Shown here in pieces: positions 1 through 8,831 of a DNA stretch of 36,463 bases; position 1 is the first letter of the stretch, and each line of letters begins with the position of its first letter. Made by a program: the position numbers and the translations under genes. Under the pieces are notes generated by a model. The model ran no database searches, had not been told where the DNA came from, and was given only the letters and a program-made list of their open reading frames with translations. The DNA comes from a virus (Duplodnaviria; Caudoviricetes). The stretch lies in IMG/VR virus record IMGVR_UViG_3300012347_000602, positions 1 to 36,463 of that record; one strand, written 5' to 3'.

Positions 1-16
1 ATCATGACGCGCAGCA

Positions 17-170
17 GCAAAGGGACAAGGGATCTGAGAAAGCCGAAGAATGGCGGAACAGCCCGAAAAAGCCCGTAAATCAAGGATCTACGGCGGAGTC
101 CATGGCAGAGGCGGTAGTTGAGAAAAAACGCCACGAAAAGGCCAAATGGACATGCATTTGAGAAAAAACG
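17..170 (+). repeat. Left-end putative transposase binding sites (core ATTTGAGA) with an IHF-like site
   Basis: TTGAGAAAAAACG at 118-130 and 158-170; 144-167 matches the reverse complement of 36317-36340 at 20/24; 20-39 matches the right terminal site at 16/20; AATCAAggatCTA at 78-90 resembles WATCAANNNNTTR. Confidence 0.75.
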
Positions 171-203
171 GCGTGCCGGAAGTGGCGTTGCAACGGCGGT
201 GCA

Positions 204-998
204 TCAGTTGCGCAAGCCGGGCGAATGGATGATCAGTTCTCCGAAACGTCGGTCGGGCGAAAGCGCCTGATTTCCGGATCCGTTCCTGGTCGTGATGTGG
301 TCGACGTCGTGGCCTTTCCAGAGGGAGCGGTTCAGGGGCGAGTCATCCAGGGTGACGATCCAGCGGCTCTTCAGCGTGATCACGCGGTCCCGGAAGCCGG
401 TGAGCTGATCGTCGGTCCAGCCGTCGTAGTTGCGGATGTTCGAGACGCCGTAGGGTGGATCCAGAAAGAAAAAATTGTCCCGGTGGTCGTAGTTCTTGAG
501 GAGGCGCTGGTAGTCCAGCTGCTCGATGACGACGGCGTTGAATCGCTCCTGGAAGCTCCTGACGCGCTCGATCAGCGTCTCGGTGCCCATGAACGCCCGG
601 CCTGCCGGATCACGCACCACAGCCAAGCTCGTCCCGGATCCGGCGAAGGAGGTTTTGTTGAGGTGGAGAAAAAGGGCGGCTCGCTGGATGTCGGTCAGGC
701 AACCCTTGGTTTGGAGAAGTTGCCGGGTGTGGTCGATCTGGGCTCGGGACGCCGGTGGCAGTTCGCGGAGCTTGCGGGCCAGCTCGTCGGGATGGTTCGC
801 GGCGACGCGATAGAGGTTGATGACGTCGCCGTTGATGTCATTCACGACTTCCAGCCGGGATGGAGGCTTTGCCAGAAGAAGGGCACAGCCTCCGGCAAAT
901 GCTTCGATGTAGCCTGCGCCGTCAGGGATGTGTGGCAGGAGGCGCTTGAGGTGGCGGGACTTGCCGCCAGGCCAGGATAGGAGTGGTAAGGTTCGCAT
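204..998 (-). CDS. DNA adenine methyltransferase, Dam/D12 class
   Basis: WPGGKSR, YIEAFAGG, EVVNDIN and LDPPY motifs; ATG at 998 preferred over the upstream in-frame start at 1076. Confidence 0.92.
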   Translation of the reverse strand: MRTLPLLSWPGGKSRHLKRLLPHIPDGAGYIEAFAGGCALLLAKPPSRLEVVNDINGDVINLYRVAANHPDELARKLRELPPASRAQIDHTRQLLQTKGCLTDIQRAALFLHLNKTSFAGSGTSLAVVRDPAGRAFMGTETLIERVRSFQERFNAVVIEQLDYQRLLKNYDHRDNFFFLDPPYGVSNIRNYDGWTDDQLTGFRDRVITLKSRWIVTLDDSPLNRSLWKGHDVDHITTRNGSGNQALSPDRRFGELIIHSPGLRN

Positions 999-1032
999 AG
1001 CGCCGCCCGAAATCCTGATCGGGCGGCCAGAG

Positions 1033-1230
1033 TCAATCCTGCTCAGGCATTTTTTCCGGATCATCTTCAACTTCACCCTTGGGCTTCTTCCGTCGGAAAT
1101 TCAGCGGCTTGAGAGGGTCCTGGGGGATGCCCTTTTTCTTGAGGTATTCCGAGGCCATCTTGTTGACGGATGGGGTTCTTGGCAGCTTGTCGGGTTTGCC
1201 GGATTTTCGGTTTCGCGCGGATGATCCCAT
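1033..1230 (-). CDS. small basic hypothetical protein
   Basis: 65-aa ORF filling the gap in the - strand operon; no motif recognised. Confidence 0.4.
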   Translation of the reverse strand: MGSSARNRKSGKPDKLPRTPSVNKMASEYLKKKGIPQDPLKPLNFRRKKPKGEVEDDPEKMPEQD

Positions 1231-1276
1231 CCGCAGCGAGCTGCCTATCGAAGATCAAAAGTCAATCCGAAAGGGG

Positions 1277-2005
1277 TCAGAACGGATCTTCGAAACCTGG
1301 CCGCGCCGCCATTTCGTGTGGCGAACGGCGGGCCTTGGCGGCATCCGAGGTCTGGGAGCGGTTGCGGTCGCAGGTGTTGCCCCGGCCCTCGCGCTCGGCG
1401 ATGCGGTTCACAAGCGTGAAGCGAATCTGTGCGAGCTGGCTTGCGTTGCAGCGCTCGGCGAGGCTGGTCTTGAGATCTGCGCTGAGGGTGAGATCCGGGC
1501 GGCGGGTTTTGTCGCGGACGATGGAAACGAGATAGTCGAAAGAGAGCGGGCCTTCAGGATGGTCGAGAAGGGCGGCGTGGCGCTCCAGGCGGCGCTCGAG
1601 CTGGCGAGGTGGAGTGGAAGCGGCGATCTGCTCGACGGTCGCGTGGGCCAGGGCGATGTGAGCGGCGAGGGTTTCGGCGATTGACCAGGCAATCTGGCGC
1701 TCGGTGTTCTTGCCGCCCTTGAGAATCCAGTGCAGCGCCTCGTCCTCTTTGGCCGCTGCGATTTTGAAATGAGCCATCAGGTCGCAGAAATGGTGATGAT
1801 CGCAGGAGGTCAGGCCTGGGCGGCCGACTGCCGCCATCACCTCTTCCGTACGCCACTCGTCGAAAGTGATTCCGGGATCCTGGACGGAGTAAGCTTCGCG
1901 AGCGGCCATGATGAGCGGCTGGATCTCTTCGGGGGAAATATCGCCACGGACTTTGCCAGGCTTTGCAACGGCCTTGCGGGCGGATTTCTTGGGGGTGGTT
2001 TTCAT
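1277..2005 (-). CDS. Mu gp16/GemA-like protein
   Basis: FDEWR...VGRPGLTSCDHHHFCDLMAHF resembles the GemA/DUF1018 N-terminus; position near the end of the early operon fits. Confidence 0.55.
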   Translation of the reverse strand: MKTTPKKSARKAVAKPGKVRGDISPEEIQPLIMAAREAYSVQDPGITFDEWRTEEVMAAVGRPGLTSCDHHHFCDLMAHFKIAAAKEDEALHWILKGGKNTERQIAWSIAETLAAHIALAHATVEQIAASTPPRQLERRLERHAALLDHPEGPLSFDYLVSIVRDKTRRPDLTLSADLKTSLAERCNASQLAQIRFTLVNRIAEREGRGNTCDRNRSQTSDAAKARRSPHEMAARPGFEDPF

Positions 2006-2223
2006 GGGAGTTGCTTGAGGGATTCGAGGATGGATTGCAGTCCGGTGATGGCTTCTGAGCGGTCGCCTGGGGGGATGGATTTAGCGGAGTTGAGACGAGC
2101 CTGGTGGTGCCACCCGGCATACCAGGCTTGGCGGTCGGCACTGGAGATCCGCGCGTCAGTGATGACGCAGGGGTGACCCTCCGTCATGGCATCTCGGCCG
2201 CGATCAAACCAGTTCACTTTCAT
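2002..2223 (-). CDS. small Rmf/CrpP-fold-like protein
   Basis: 73 aa with GRDAMTEGHPC...RQAWYAGW pattern; 4-nt overlaps with both neighbours. Confidence 0.5.
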   Translation of the reverse strand: MKVNWFDRGRDAMTEGHPCVITDARISSADRQAWYAGWHHQARLNSAKSIPPGDRSEAITGLQSILESLKQLP

Positions 2224-2357
2224 GGTTTCGGGGTAATTGCGGCGATGATGTTGAGGATGCCGAAGAGAGCGACGACGAGCGGCATCGCCCTCGCCTCCAT
2301 GTCCCACATGAGAGCGGCGATGATCAGCAGGGTCCAACCGAATGCGAACGTGCTCAT
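2220..2357 (-). CDS. small membrane protein (two hydrophobic segments)
   Basis: MSTFAFGWTLLIIAALMW...LVVALFGILNIIAAI; translationally coupled overlaps. Confidence 0.55.
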   Translation of the reverse strand: MSTFAFGWTLLIIAALMWDMEARAMPLVVALFGILNIIAAITPKP

Positions 2358-2557
2358 GGCTTGGCTTTCCTGACTGGAGAAATCATGATTTTCAGCGAGG
2401 TGACGTCTTCCTGAAACGCGTCGTGTGCGCGGAGCAGCTCGCCACACACAAACAGCGCGTCAGCCATTCCACGGCAGCCGTCCGCTGTGCCCTTGAAGAC
2501 GCGAGCACCCTGCGGACGGCCGAGCGTCACTGTGAATTTGTGGCTGACTTTCGACAT
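2354..2557 (-). CDS. hypothetical protein
   Basis: 67-aa ORF tiling the operon. Confidence 0.55.
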   Translation of the reverse strand: MSKVSHKFTVTLGRPQGARVFKGTADGCRGMADALFVCGELLRAHDAFQEDVTSLKIMISPVRKAKP

Positions 2558-2561
2558 GATA

Positions 2562-2876
2562 TCAGAGGGTTTTGTCCCGGTGGTTCTGCTTTTTCAGCCG
2601 CGCCTCGATGCTGCCGGAATCGTCTGCCAGGCACTCGACTGCGGGGCGCGGGATGAGCTTGTGGCGGTTGCTGTGCTTGGCCAGGAACCGCAGTTTTTCC
2701 AGGCCGGATTCGCCGGTCATTTTGGAGATCACCCGGCCGCCGTAGAGCAGCTCGTGGTGGGTGATTTCCTTGGGCTGCTTCTGGGCGACTTCCAACTTGG
2801 TTTGACGCCTGTGGCAGGTGATGACGGCCCATGTGGGACCATCGGGGGGGAACAGATTTTCGGTGTCTTCGGACAT
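2562..2876 (-). CDS. hypothetical protein
   Basis: 104-aa ORF tiling the operon. Confidence 0.6.
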   Translation of the reverse strand: MSEDTENLFPPDGPTWAVITCHRRQTKLEVAQKQPKEITHHELLYGGRVISKMTGESGLEKLRFLAKHSNRHKLIPRPAVECLADDSGSIEARLKKQNHRDKTL

Positions 2877-2892
2877 GGGGATGTGGGGTTGG

Positions 2893-3306
2893 TTATTCGA
2901 CGAGACGGAGGGTGGGGTGAGAGGGAGTGGCGGTGCTCTGATGGGTCCGATTGTGGGACTCCGAAAACGCGCGGCCGCAGTGAGGGCAGGACTGCCTGGG
3001 AGCGACGTAGGATTTCTCGCAGATGCAGAGAATCGTGCCGCGTGCGGGCTTGGGGAGAGCGAGGGGTTTGGGCTCCTTCAGCGGCTTCTCGGGTTTGCGC
3101 TCCCGGTAGTTTTGATTGAGCTTGAGCTCGACGGTCGAGCGGCGGTCGGTGTCAGGTTCGTAGAACCACTTGTCGCTGTCATCGGCTTCGAGGTTGAGGG
3201 TCACTTTCGTGAGCTTGGAGAGGATGGCGATGGCCTGAGTTGCTGCGGTGATGCTGTCGCAGGCGAACTTCTGATAACCGATCTCGATGATGTGTTTTTT
3301 GGCCAT
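2893..3306 (-). CDS. hypothetical protein with C-terminal Zn ribbon
   Basis: CICEK...CPHCG; ATG at 3306 just after the upstream stop. Confidence 0.65.
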   Translation of the reverse strand: MAKKHIIEIGYQKFACDSITAATQAIAILSKLTKVTLNLEADDSDKWFYEPDTDRRSTVELKLNQNYRERKPEKPLKEPKPLALPKPARGTILCICEKSYVAPRQSCPHCGRAFSESHNRTHQSTATPSHPTLRLVE

Positions 3307-3310
3307 GGCT

Positions 3311-3595
3311 TCAGGATTTCTTGGGCTTGGGTTCGAAGGTCCAGACTGTGAAAACCTGCTTCCGTTTCGGATCGTCGAAAAACTTGCCGACCAGGGCGCT
3401 GCCCTCGGTTGAACTTTTGACCAGGCGGACGGTTTGGGCGGCGTCGTCACCGAACCATTTCTGGACGATGCGTTGAGCAGCCTGCCGCTCGCCGGAGGTG
3501 CAGGATCCGGTGTAAAGTTGCTTGAATCCGCTGGCGGCGCTACTGCGGATCTGTGCCTTGGCGGTGACGGCGTTGTAGGAGGTGAGGATGATCAT
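3311..3595 (-). CDS. hypothetical protein
   Basis: 94-aa ORF tiling the operon. Confidence 0.6.
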   Translation of the reverse strand: MIILTSYNAVTAKAQIRSSAASGFKQLYTGSCTSGERQAAQRIVQKWFGDDAAQTVRLVKSSTEGSALVGKFFDDPKRKQVFTVWTFEPKPKKS

Positions 3596-3683
3596 GGGGA
3601 TGATTAGGTGAGGAGGTTGAGGGACCGGGTCATGAGCGGTATTCGGCAGGCCGCGCCGGTCCCTCGTTTGGGGCCGAAAGGGG

Positions 3684-4202
3684 TCAGTTACTCATGCGCT
3701 CGGGGTCTTCGCGCTTGGGTTCGATGAAGAAGGTTTCGTCCTGGTCGATGCGCAGGCCGAGGCTGGCGAGATCCGCGTCGTCGAGCTTCTTGAGGGCGTC
3801 CTTGTCCGGCTCGGATTTGGTGCGGATCAGCTCGGTGCGCTCGGTGGTGCGGAGGGCTTGCAGGACATCGTCCCACTTCCATTTCCGGTTGAGTAAAACG
3901 AGCTTGGGATTGCCGGTGCGGAAGCCGAAAAGTCCGAGCGCTGAGGCAGCGGATTTCAGCTTGCCGAAGAGGGTCTCCCGGTGGGTGGTGGCGAACTTCT
4001 CACAGAGGACAAGTTTGGCGGAAATCTGCTGGCTGATTTTCTCGATCTCAGGGTTGTGCTCTTCCATGATTTCGGCGAGCAGGCGGTCCCGCAGAGTGAT
4101 GAGTTGTTCGCGGTCGAGCTGGTGCTTGCAGATCTCATCGACGGTGACTTCGAATTGAGCGCGGGAGTCGATGGTGACGGTGGATTTGAGGCGTGCGGAC
4201 AT
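3684..4202 (-). CDS. gam: Mu Gam-like host-nuclease inhibitor (DNA end-binding)
   Basis: 172 aa; coiled N-terminus, FGFRTGNPKL, LIRTKSEPDKDALKK, LGLRIDQDETFFIEP. Confidence 0.88.
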   Translation of the reverse strand: MSARLKSTVTIDSRAQFEVTVDEICKHQLDREQLITLRDRLLAEIMEEHNPEIEKISQQISAKLVLCEKFATTHRETLFGKLKSAASALGLFGFRTGNPKLVLLNRKWKWDDVLQALRTTERTELIRTKSEPDKDALKKLDDADLASLGLRIDQDETFFIEPKREDPERMSN

Positions 4203-4229
4203 GGTGTTGGTGGTGGTTTGGTGAGAGAG

Positions 4230-4535
4230 TTAGACGACGAGGTGGGCGAGTTGGTCCAGGACGCGGAGCTTGAGCTGCATGGCGGTGGCGGCGTAGCGGG
4301 CGTGTGTCCGGTCCTTGTGGGCGACTCCCCGCTCGCGGTAGTAGCTGGCGGTGACGTCGTGGATGTCGTGGAGATCCTCGGCGAAAATCACGGCGTCCAG
4401 GGCGGCCCGGATGACAGGATCCGGACCGGCTGCGAGGATGGACGTTGCGGCGCTGCGGATCCGGCTTTCCTCTTTGCGGAGATATGGCTCGCGGGCGGCC
4501 GAAACGAGACGGGGGACATCATGGGAAACAGCCAT
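4230..4535 (-). CDS. hypothetical protein
   Basis: 101-aa helical ORF in the operon. Confidence 0.55.
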   Translation of the reverse strand: MAVSHDVPRLVSAAREPYLRKEESRIRSAATSILAAGPDPVIRAALDAVIFAEDLHDIHDVTASYYRERGVAHKDRTHARYAATAMQLKLRVLDQLAHLVV

Positions 4536-4540
4536 GGGGA

Positions 4541-4771
4541 TCAGTATTGTTTGGGGGCTGGTGGGAGGGTCTTGGCGATGTCGTGGCCCTCGACGGTGAG
4601 GGACCAGACGGTGAGCATTTGGAGTGGGCGGCTCTCGACGATTCCCTGGCGTGCTTCGGCTCTTAAGATTTCGGTCACCTGGGCGGTTGGAATGTCAGTG
4701 TGATCCGTGATCGCGGAGGCGGTGGACGGGCTGGTGAGGAGGTCTCGGAGGATTTTGTCGCGGGAGGTCAT
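4541..4771 (-). CDS. small winged-helix protein
   Basis: STASAITDHTDIPTAQVTEILRAEARQGIV...WSLTVEG pattern. Confidence 0.6.
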   Translation of the reverse strand: MTSRDKILRDLLTSPSTASAITDHTDIPTAQVTEILRAEARQGIVESRPLQMLTVWSLTVEGHDIAKTLPPAPKQY

Positions 4772-5073
4772 CGGGATGTGGCGGCGCCGTAGAAGATTGA
4801 GCGGCAGACTCGACGGGCGAGGGAGTAATAGGCGGGATCGGTTTTGAGCAGCTTGAGGTGCTGGTCGCGGGCGTGCATGATGGCGTAATGGTCCCGGCGA
4901 AAGATTTCTCCAACGGCTTGCAACGACCAATCCGAGTAGGCTCCGCGGATGGCGGCAATGGCTAGCAGCCGGGCGCGGTAAACCGGCACCGTGCGGCGAC
5001 GGCCGGTGATGGCGGGTGCTGGGACGCCGGTGATGATAGCTACCTCGCTGATGATTTCTTCAGGACTCATCAT
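4768..5073 (-). CDS. stand-alone DnaA C-terminal (domain IV)-like HTH protein
   Basis: ITGRRRT..VYRAR..AI...SLQAVGEIFRRDHYAIMHA matches the DnaA SL..IG..F.RDH.TV.HA signature. Confidence 0.82.
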   Translation of the reverse strand: MMSPEEIISEVAIITGVPAPAITGRRRTVPVYRARLLAIAAIRGAYSDWSLQAVGEIFRRDHYAIMHARDQHLKLLKTDPAYYSLARRVCRSIFYGAATSR

Positions 5074-5410
5074 GGCGGGGTTGGGAGTTGGCGGGTTGAT
5101 AGGCGCGGCGGGCGCGTTCCAGGGCGGCGCGGATTTCCGTGGGACCGGCATCCTTGTTTTGCAGCTGCTCGCGGTTGAGAAGGATGACGGCGCGGCGGGC
5201 GATCTCGCGCTCTTGATCGGTGCCGATCTGGCCGGTGTAGTAGGCCTCTGAGCAGACGAGCCAGGAGTCCTGACCGGGACCGACGATGAAGAGCTGCACC
5301 CAGCCGACGTGCATCTCCCAGATGTGAGACGAGGCGGCGACTGCGGCTTGGTGGTTCGGATGGTCTGCGAGGCAGGCCGGGGAGCGGAGGGATTTGTGGA
5401 TGATGGACAT
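5060..5410 (-). CDS. hypothetical protein
   Basis: 116-aa ORF directly downstream of the ATPase. Confidence 0.55.
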   Translation of the reverse strand: MSIIHKSLRSPACLADHPNHQAAVAASSHIWEMHVGWVQLFIVGPGQDSWLVCSEAYYTGQIGTDQEREIARRAVILLNREQLQNKDAGPTEIRAALERARRAYQPANSQPRHDES

Positions 5411-5434
5411 GGGGTAGTGGGGTGATTGGGGGGA

Positions 5435-6517
5435 TTACTTGCGGCGCTTGCCGAGGGACTGGTGATGTTCGAAGGCGGTGACGAAATGACTCCAGGTGTA
5501 TTTCTCCTTGTGCTTGGCGGCGGCGGCGGCACCGGCACGCAGATGCAGGGTGAGCTTGCGCAGGCCGGAGCTGGAGAGGATGTCCTTGATGATCTCAGCG
5601 GCTTCCGGCTCGCTGGCGGTTAGTGGAGGCAGGCCGAATGATTTCACGAACGCCCGCGCGTCCTCGGCGGTGGGCTTGTCCGGCAGGTTGATCTGCAGCG
5701 TGCCACGGTCCAAGAGCTGGCCGAGTGCTTCCTTCTGGTCGGTCATGTATTTCGCCAGGGCCTTGGTGCCGACCAGAACGAGGCCGCAACCGGACTTGTC
5801 ATAGATGGTGCGGAGGAACTCGCATTGCAGGACGGCCGTCAGATCGTTGCCGGGGCGGCGGAGAAAAAGCTGATGGAGTTCATCGACGATGACGAGGCGC
5901 TGGCCAGCGGCGAGAAGGGTGTAGAGCTTCTCGCGGGTGCGGAGCTGGGTTTGCTTGGACTTGTAGCCGATGCCGCACGCGCCTGCCAGGGCGGTGATGA
6001 ATTGCACGAGCGTCATGCCCGGTTCACAGCGGAAGTAGATCGTCTTCCCGTGGTTGTTGAGGCGCTTGTATTCCTCCAGGACCGAGGTCTTGCCGATGCC
6101 CATGACACCCCAGAGAATGGCCACGGTGCGGAGCGCGCGGGCGTGATCGCAGATGGCGAACATCTCCTTGCCGAGCGAAGTCATAATGAATTCGGGATTA
6201 TCCACGGACTCGTGGATGCTGGCCCTGGCTTTGGTCAGGGAGGCGCAGAGGTTCGTTAGCTCCGCGCCGTATTCGCCCCGGAAGACGCGGCTCAGCGTGG
6301 TGGTGCTGGAACCCACGGCCTTGGCGAGCTGGTTGAGCGTCCAGCCCCGGTCCTTGCCGAGGAAGTAACACCAGCGGAGCACCTCTTGCTGCTGATCTGG
6401 AAGCTTGGAGATGACCTTCTCGAACTCGGCGGGTGAGATGTTATAGTTGGTGGTGGTGGTGGCGGGGCGCAGGTTGCGGTCGTCGTCTGGATCGGGGGTG
6501 GTGATGGCGGTGGTCAT
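5435..6517 (-). CDS. MuB-like transposition AAA+ ATPase with N-terminal HTH
   Basis: HTH TLNQLAKAVGSSTTTLSRVFRG; Walker A GVMGIGKT; Walker B LVIVDE; adjacent to the transposase. Confidence 0.92.
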   Translation of the reverse strand: MTTAITTPDPDDDRNLRPATTTTNYNISPAEFEKVISKLPDQQQEVLRWCYFLGKDRGWTLNQLAKAVGSSTTTLSRVFRGEYGAELTNLCASLTKARASIHESVDNPEFIMTSLGKEMFAICDHARALRTVAILWGVMGIGKTSVLEEYKRLNNHGKTIYFRCEPGMTLVQFITALAGACGIGYKSKQTQLRTREKLYTLLAAGQRLVIVDELHQLFLRRPGNDLTAVLQCEFLRTIYDKSGCGLVLVGTKALAKYMTDQKEALGQLLDRGTLQINLPDKPTAEDARAFVKSFGLPPLTASEPEAAEIIKDILSSSGLRKLTLHLRAGAAAAAKHKEKYTWSHFVTAFEHHQSLGKRRK

Positions 6518-6528
6518 GGGGTGGGGTG

Positions 6529-6590
6529 GAAATTTGAGATTTGAGGATTTGAGATCTGAGGATTTGAGATTTGAGATTTGAGAGGAAGAG
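6529..6590 (+). repeat. ATTTGAG heptamer array (type B)
   Basis: aatttgagatttgaggatttgagatctgaggatttgagatttgagatttgagaggaagag between muA and muB. Confidence 0.9.
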
Positions 6591-6633
6591 GGATGAATGA
6601 ATGAAGGCCGAGTCTGGAGACTCGCGGTCCCCG

Positions 6634-8766
6634 CTAGATGGAGTCGGGGAAATGGTTGTCTTCGGGAAGGCAGGCGAATGGGTCTTGCCAGGTTTCTTCG
6701 GCGACGGGGATGAGGTCGTAGTCGATGACCTGGCCGTGGTCGCTGAGGCGGTTTGCAGCGGCGGTGCGGGCGGCTTTCTGACCGGCTGCAACGCGGGCGT
6801 CGTGGATCTCGTCCGGGGTGATAGGCTCGCCGTCACGGACCTTGCGATTGTGCTCGCGGAGGTCTTGAGCGTCTCGAACCTTGTCGGTATGAAGGATGCG
6901 GGAAGGCTCCTGAATGTCGGCGATGCGGGAGCGCTTCTCTCCGGCGGCTCTTATCAACGCCTCGCTGCGGATGTCGGGCCGTTGCTCGAATGGCGCGTCC
7001 GAGCCAAATGCGCCTGGTTCGATGGAGCAAACTTTGCGGTAGAACGGGACTTCTCCCAGAAACCTGCCCCTCGCATCGACGACGATGGCGAACTGGTCGT
7101 TGAACGGCAGGGCGAACATCTTGACCTTTTCTCCATGCGGGATCTCCCGACCGGCGTGCGGGCCGGAGATGAACCGTGATTGATAGATGAGCGGATCCGG
7201 AGCGATGTCCTGATCCGAGAATTCCAGAAACCCCCGGCGGGCGGTGACTTCGCGGGCGAGGTCGTCGGTGAGAATATCGCAGAGCACTACTGGCGGAATC
7301 TTTGGCCAATCGCCGCGCCGGTTCCACACCTCGCCGGGACTGAGGTTGCGGCGGCGCGTCCACTCGGCCGGTTGCTCCTGTGCGCCGGAATGAATGATCT
7401 GTTGGGTTTTAACCGGCAATTTCCTGACGCGGTTTTCAGGCAACCAGAGGTCACTGCCCGGCAAGGTGGTGTATTCGGTGACGACGTGCTTGAGTTCATC
7501 CCAGCCTTCCAGATGGTGGTCCGTGCGCCCGTTCAAGCCGTGCTCGTAATAGTCCGTTAGGAAGGGGATGAAGTGGGCGTGGAAATCGATGGTCGGTGCG
7601 ATGAGGTTGTCCAGGTGGTGGGGTGCCACCTTGAGCACATCCGCGAAGATCTTCTCGAAATGGGCGACTGCGCGGTCCGTGGTGACCGGGCCTTTGAGGC
7701 CGGAAGAGGGCGAGCCTGTCTGTAGGGCGAGATGGCCGAGGTGGTTGTGGATCAGCGCATGGATGGATTCCAGCGCGGCCTTGGCCCGGAAGTTCCCGCC
7801 CTCGGTGCCTGGCCAGTAACCATTGAGGGCTGCCTGCTTGCCTTCGATTGGCTGATAGTCCACCCGGATCAATCCGCCCGTTGCATCATAGAGGATGCGG
7901 GCGATGTCCTCGGAAACCTTGGCCGTCTGATGCTCGCTCATGAGCATGGTGCCTTGCGGGGAATAACCGAAGCGATGGAACATACCGGCGAGAAACATGC
8001 GCATGTCCGCCCCCGAGAGGGTTTTCCAGGTGCCATCCTCGCGCTTGCGGCGGGGCATCGCGCCCCAGTGGAAGCGGCAGCCAGAGAAGAGGTCCAGCGC
8101 TCCCAGCTCGATCACGCGGACGATCCTGCGGTCCCGGCCTCGGCCATGGGTGACCATGTTGTCATGCCACACGTCGTCGAGCTGGATCACCGCGCCGGGA
8201 TGGAGACCCACGCGGGTGGTCTTGACCGTCGGCAGATAGAGGTTGGTCTTGCTGGAGGTGCCGACGCGGATCGAGCGGAGGCGGGCCAGCTCGATGTTAT
8301 CGGCCACGATGCGGCCCAGGTTCTTGTTCGACCATCCGGCTGGAATCTTCGGGTGGCCAGGCCACGTCTCATAGCCGGGGATCGGTTCCTTGCGGGCTTT
8401 CCACCGCAGGCGCAGGGCGCTGAAGGCGGCGGCGTTGTTGCGCTGGTATTCCTCCACGGTCTTGCACAGCTCTGCGATGAAGTGAGGCTGGCGGGCCATC
8501 GCCTTGGTGCATCTCAAGACCGGGACCTTGCGCTTGTCCACCAACAGCATCGGATCGCCGCCGTTGTTATTAAGGGTGTCATACTTCCTACGAAGAGTGC
8601 CGTAGGGGATGCCGAGCTGAGCAGCCTGATCTTCAAACCATTTGGTGATGCCCTTGCCGGGAACGTGGCGGAAGACATCCATCAAGGCGCGCACTTCCTT
8701 GCGCACGTCTCCGGGCAAACGCTCCCACTCGGGGGATGAATAGTCGATAGGAAGAAAGCAGGACAT
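6634..8766 (-). CDS. MuA-like DDE transposase
   Basis: 710 aa; N-terminal HTH, QLDDVWHD, ALDLFSG, GNFRAKAALESIH; upstream of the MuB-like gene. Confidence 0.88.
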   Translation of the reverse strand: MSCFLPIDYSSPEWERLPGDVRKEVRALMDVFRHVPGKGITKWFEDQAAQLGIPYGTLRRKYDTLNNNGGDPMLLVDKRKVPVLRCTKAMARQPHFIAELCKTVEEYQRNNAAAFSALRLRWKARKEPIPGYETWPGHPKIPAGWSNKNLGRIVADNIELARLRSIRVGTSSKTNLYLPTVKTTRVGLHPGAVIQLDDVWHDNMVTHGRGRDRRIVRVIELGALDLFSGCRFHWGAMPRRKREDGTWKTLSGADMRMFLAGMFHRFGYSPQGTMLMSEHQTAKVSEDIARILYDATGGLIRVDYQPIEGKQAALNGYWPGTEGGNFRAKAALESIHALIHNHLGHLALQTGSPSSGLKGPVTTDRAVAHFEKIFADVLKVAPHHLDNLIAPTIDFHAHFIPFLTDYYEHGLNGRTDHHLEGWDELKHVVTEYTTLPGSDLWLPENRVRKLPVKTQQIIHSGAQEQPAEWTRRRNLSPGEVWNRRGDWPKIPPVVLCDILTDDLAREVTARRGFLEFSDQDIAPDPLIYQSRFISGPHAGREIPHGEKVKMFALPFNDQFAIVVDARGRFLGEVPFYRKVCSIEPGAFGSDAPFEQRPDIRSEALIRAAGEKRSRIADIQEPSRILHTDKVRDAQDLREHNRKVRDGEPITPDEIHDARVAAGQKAARTAAANRLSDHGQVIDYDLIPVAEETWQDPFACLPEDNHFPDSI

Positions 8767-8831
8767 GGTTTTTGAAGTGATGGAAAATCAGAGGGCTTGA
8801 TCCGGTGTGGCGGCGGTGGTGAAATCCCCGG

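Noticed and set aside
101-130. TG at 103 as the left terminus
   Set aside because: Spacing to the TTGAGA core differs from the right end by 2 bp, there is no TGCGC duplication, and a better end-like site lies further left
1033-1230. Com-like translational activator
   Set aside because: No zinc-finger cysteines
6198-6206. DnaA box-like TTATCCACG inside muB
   Set aside because: Single 8/9 match in coding sequence, expected by chance
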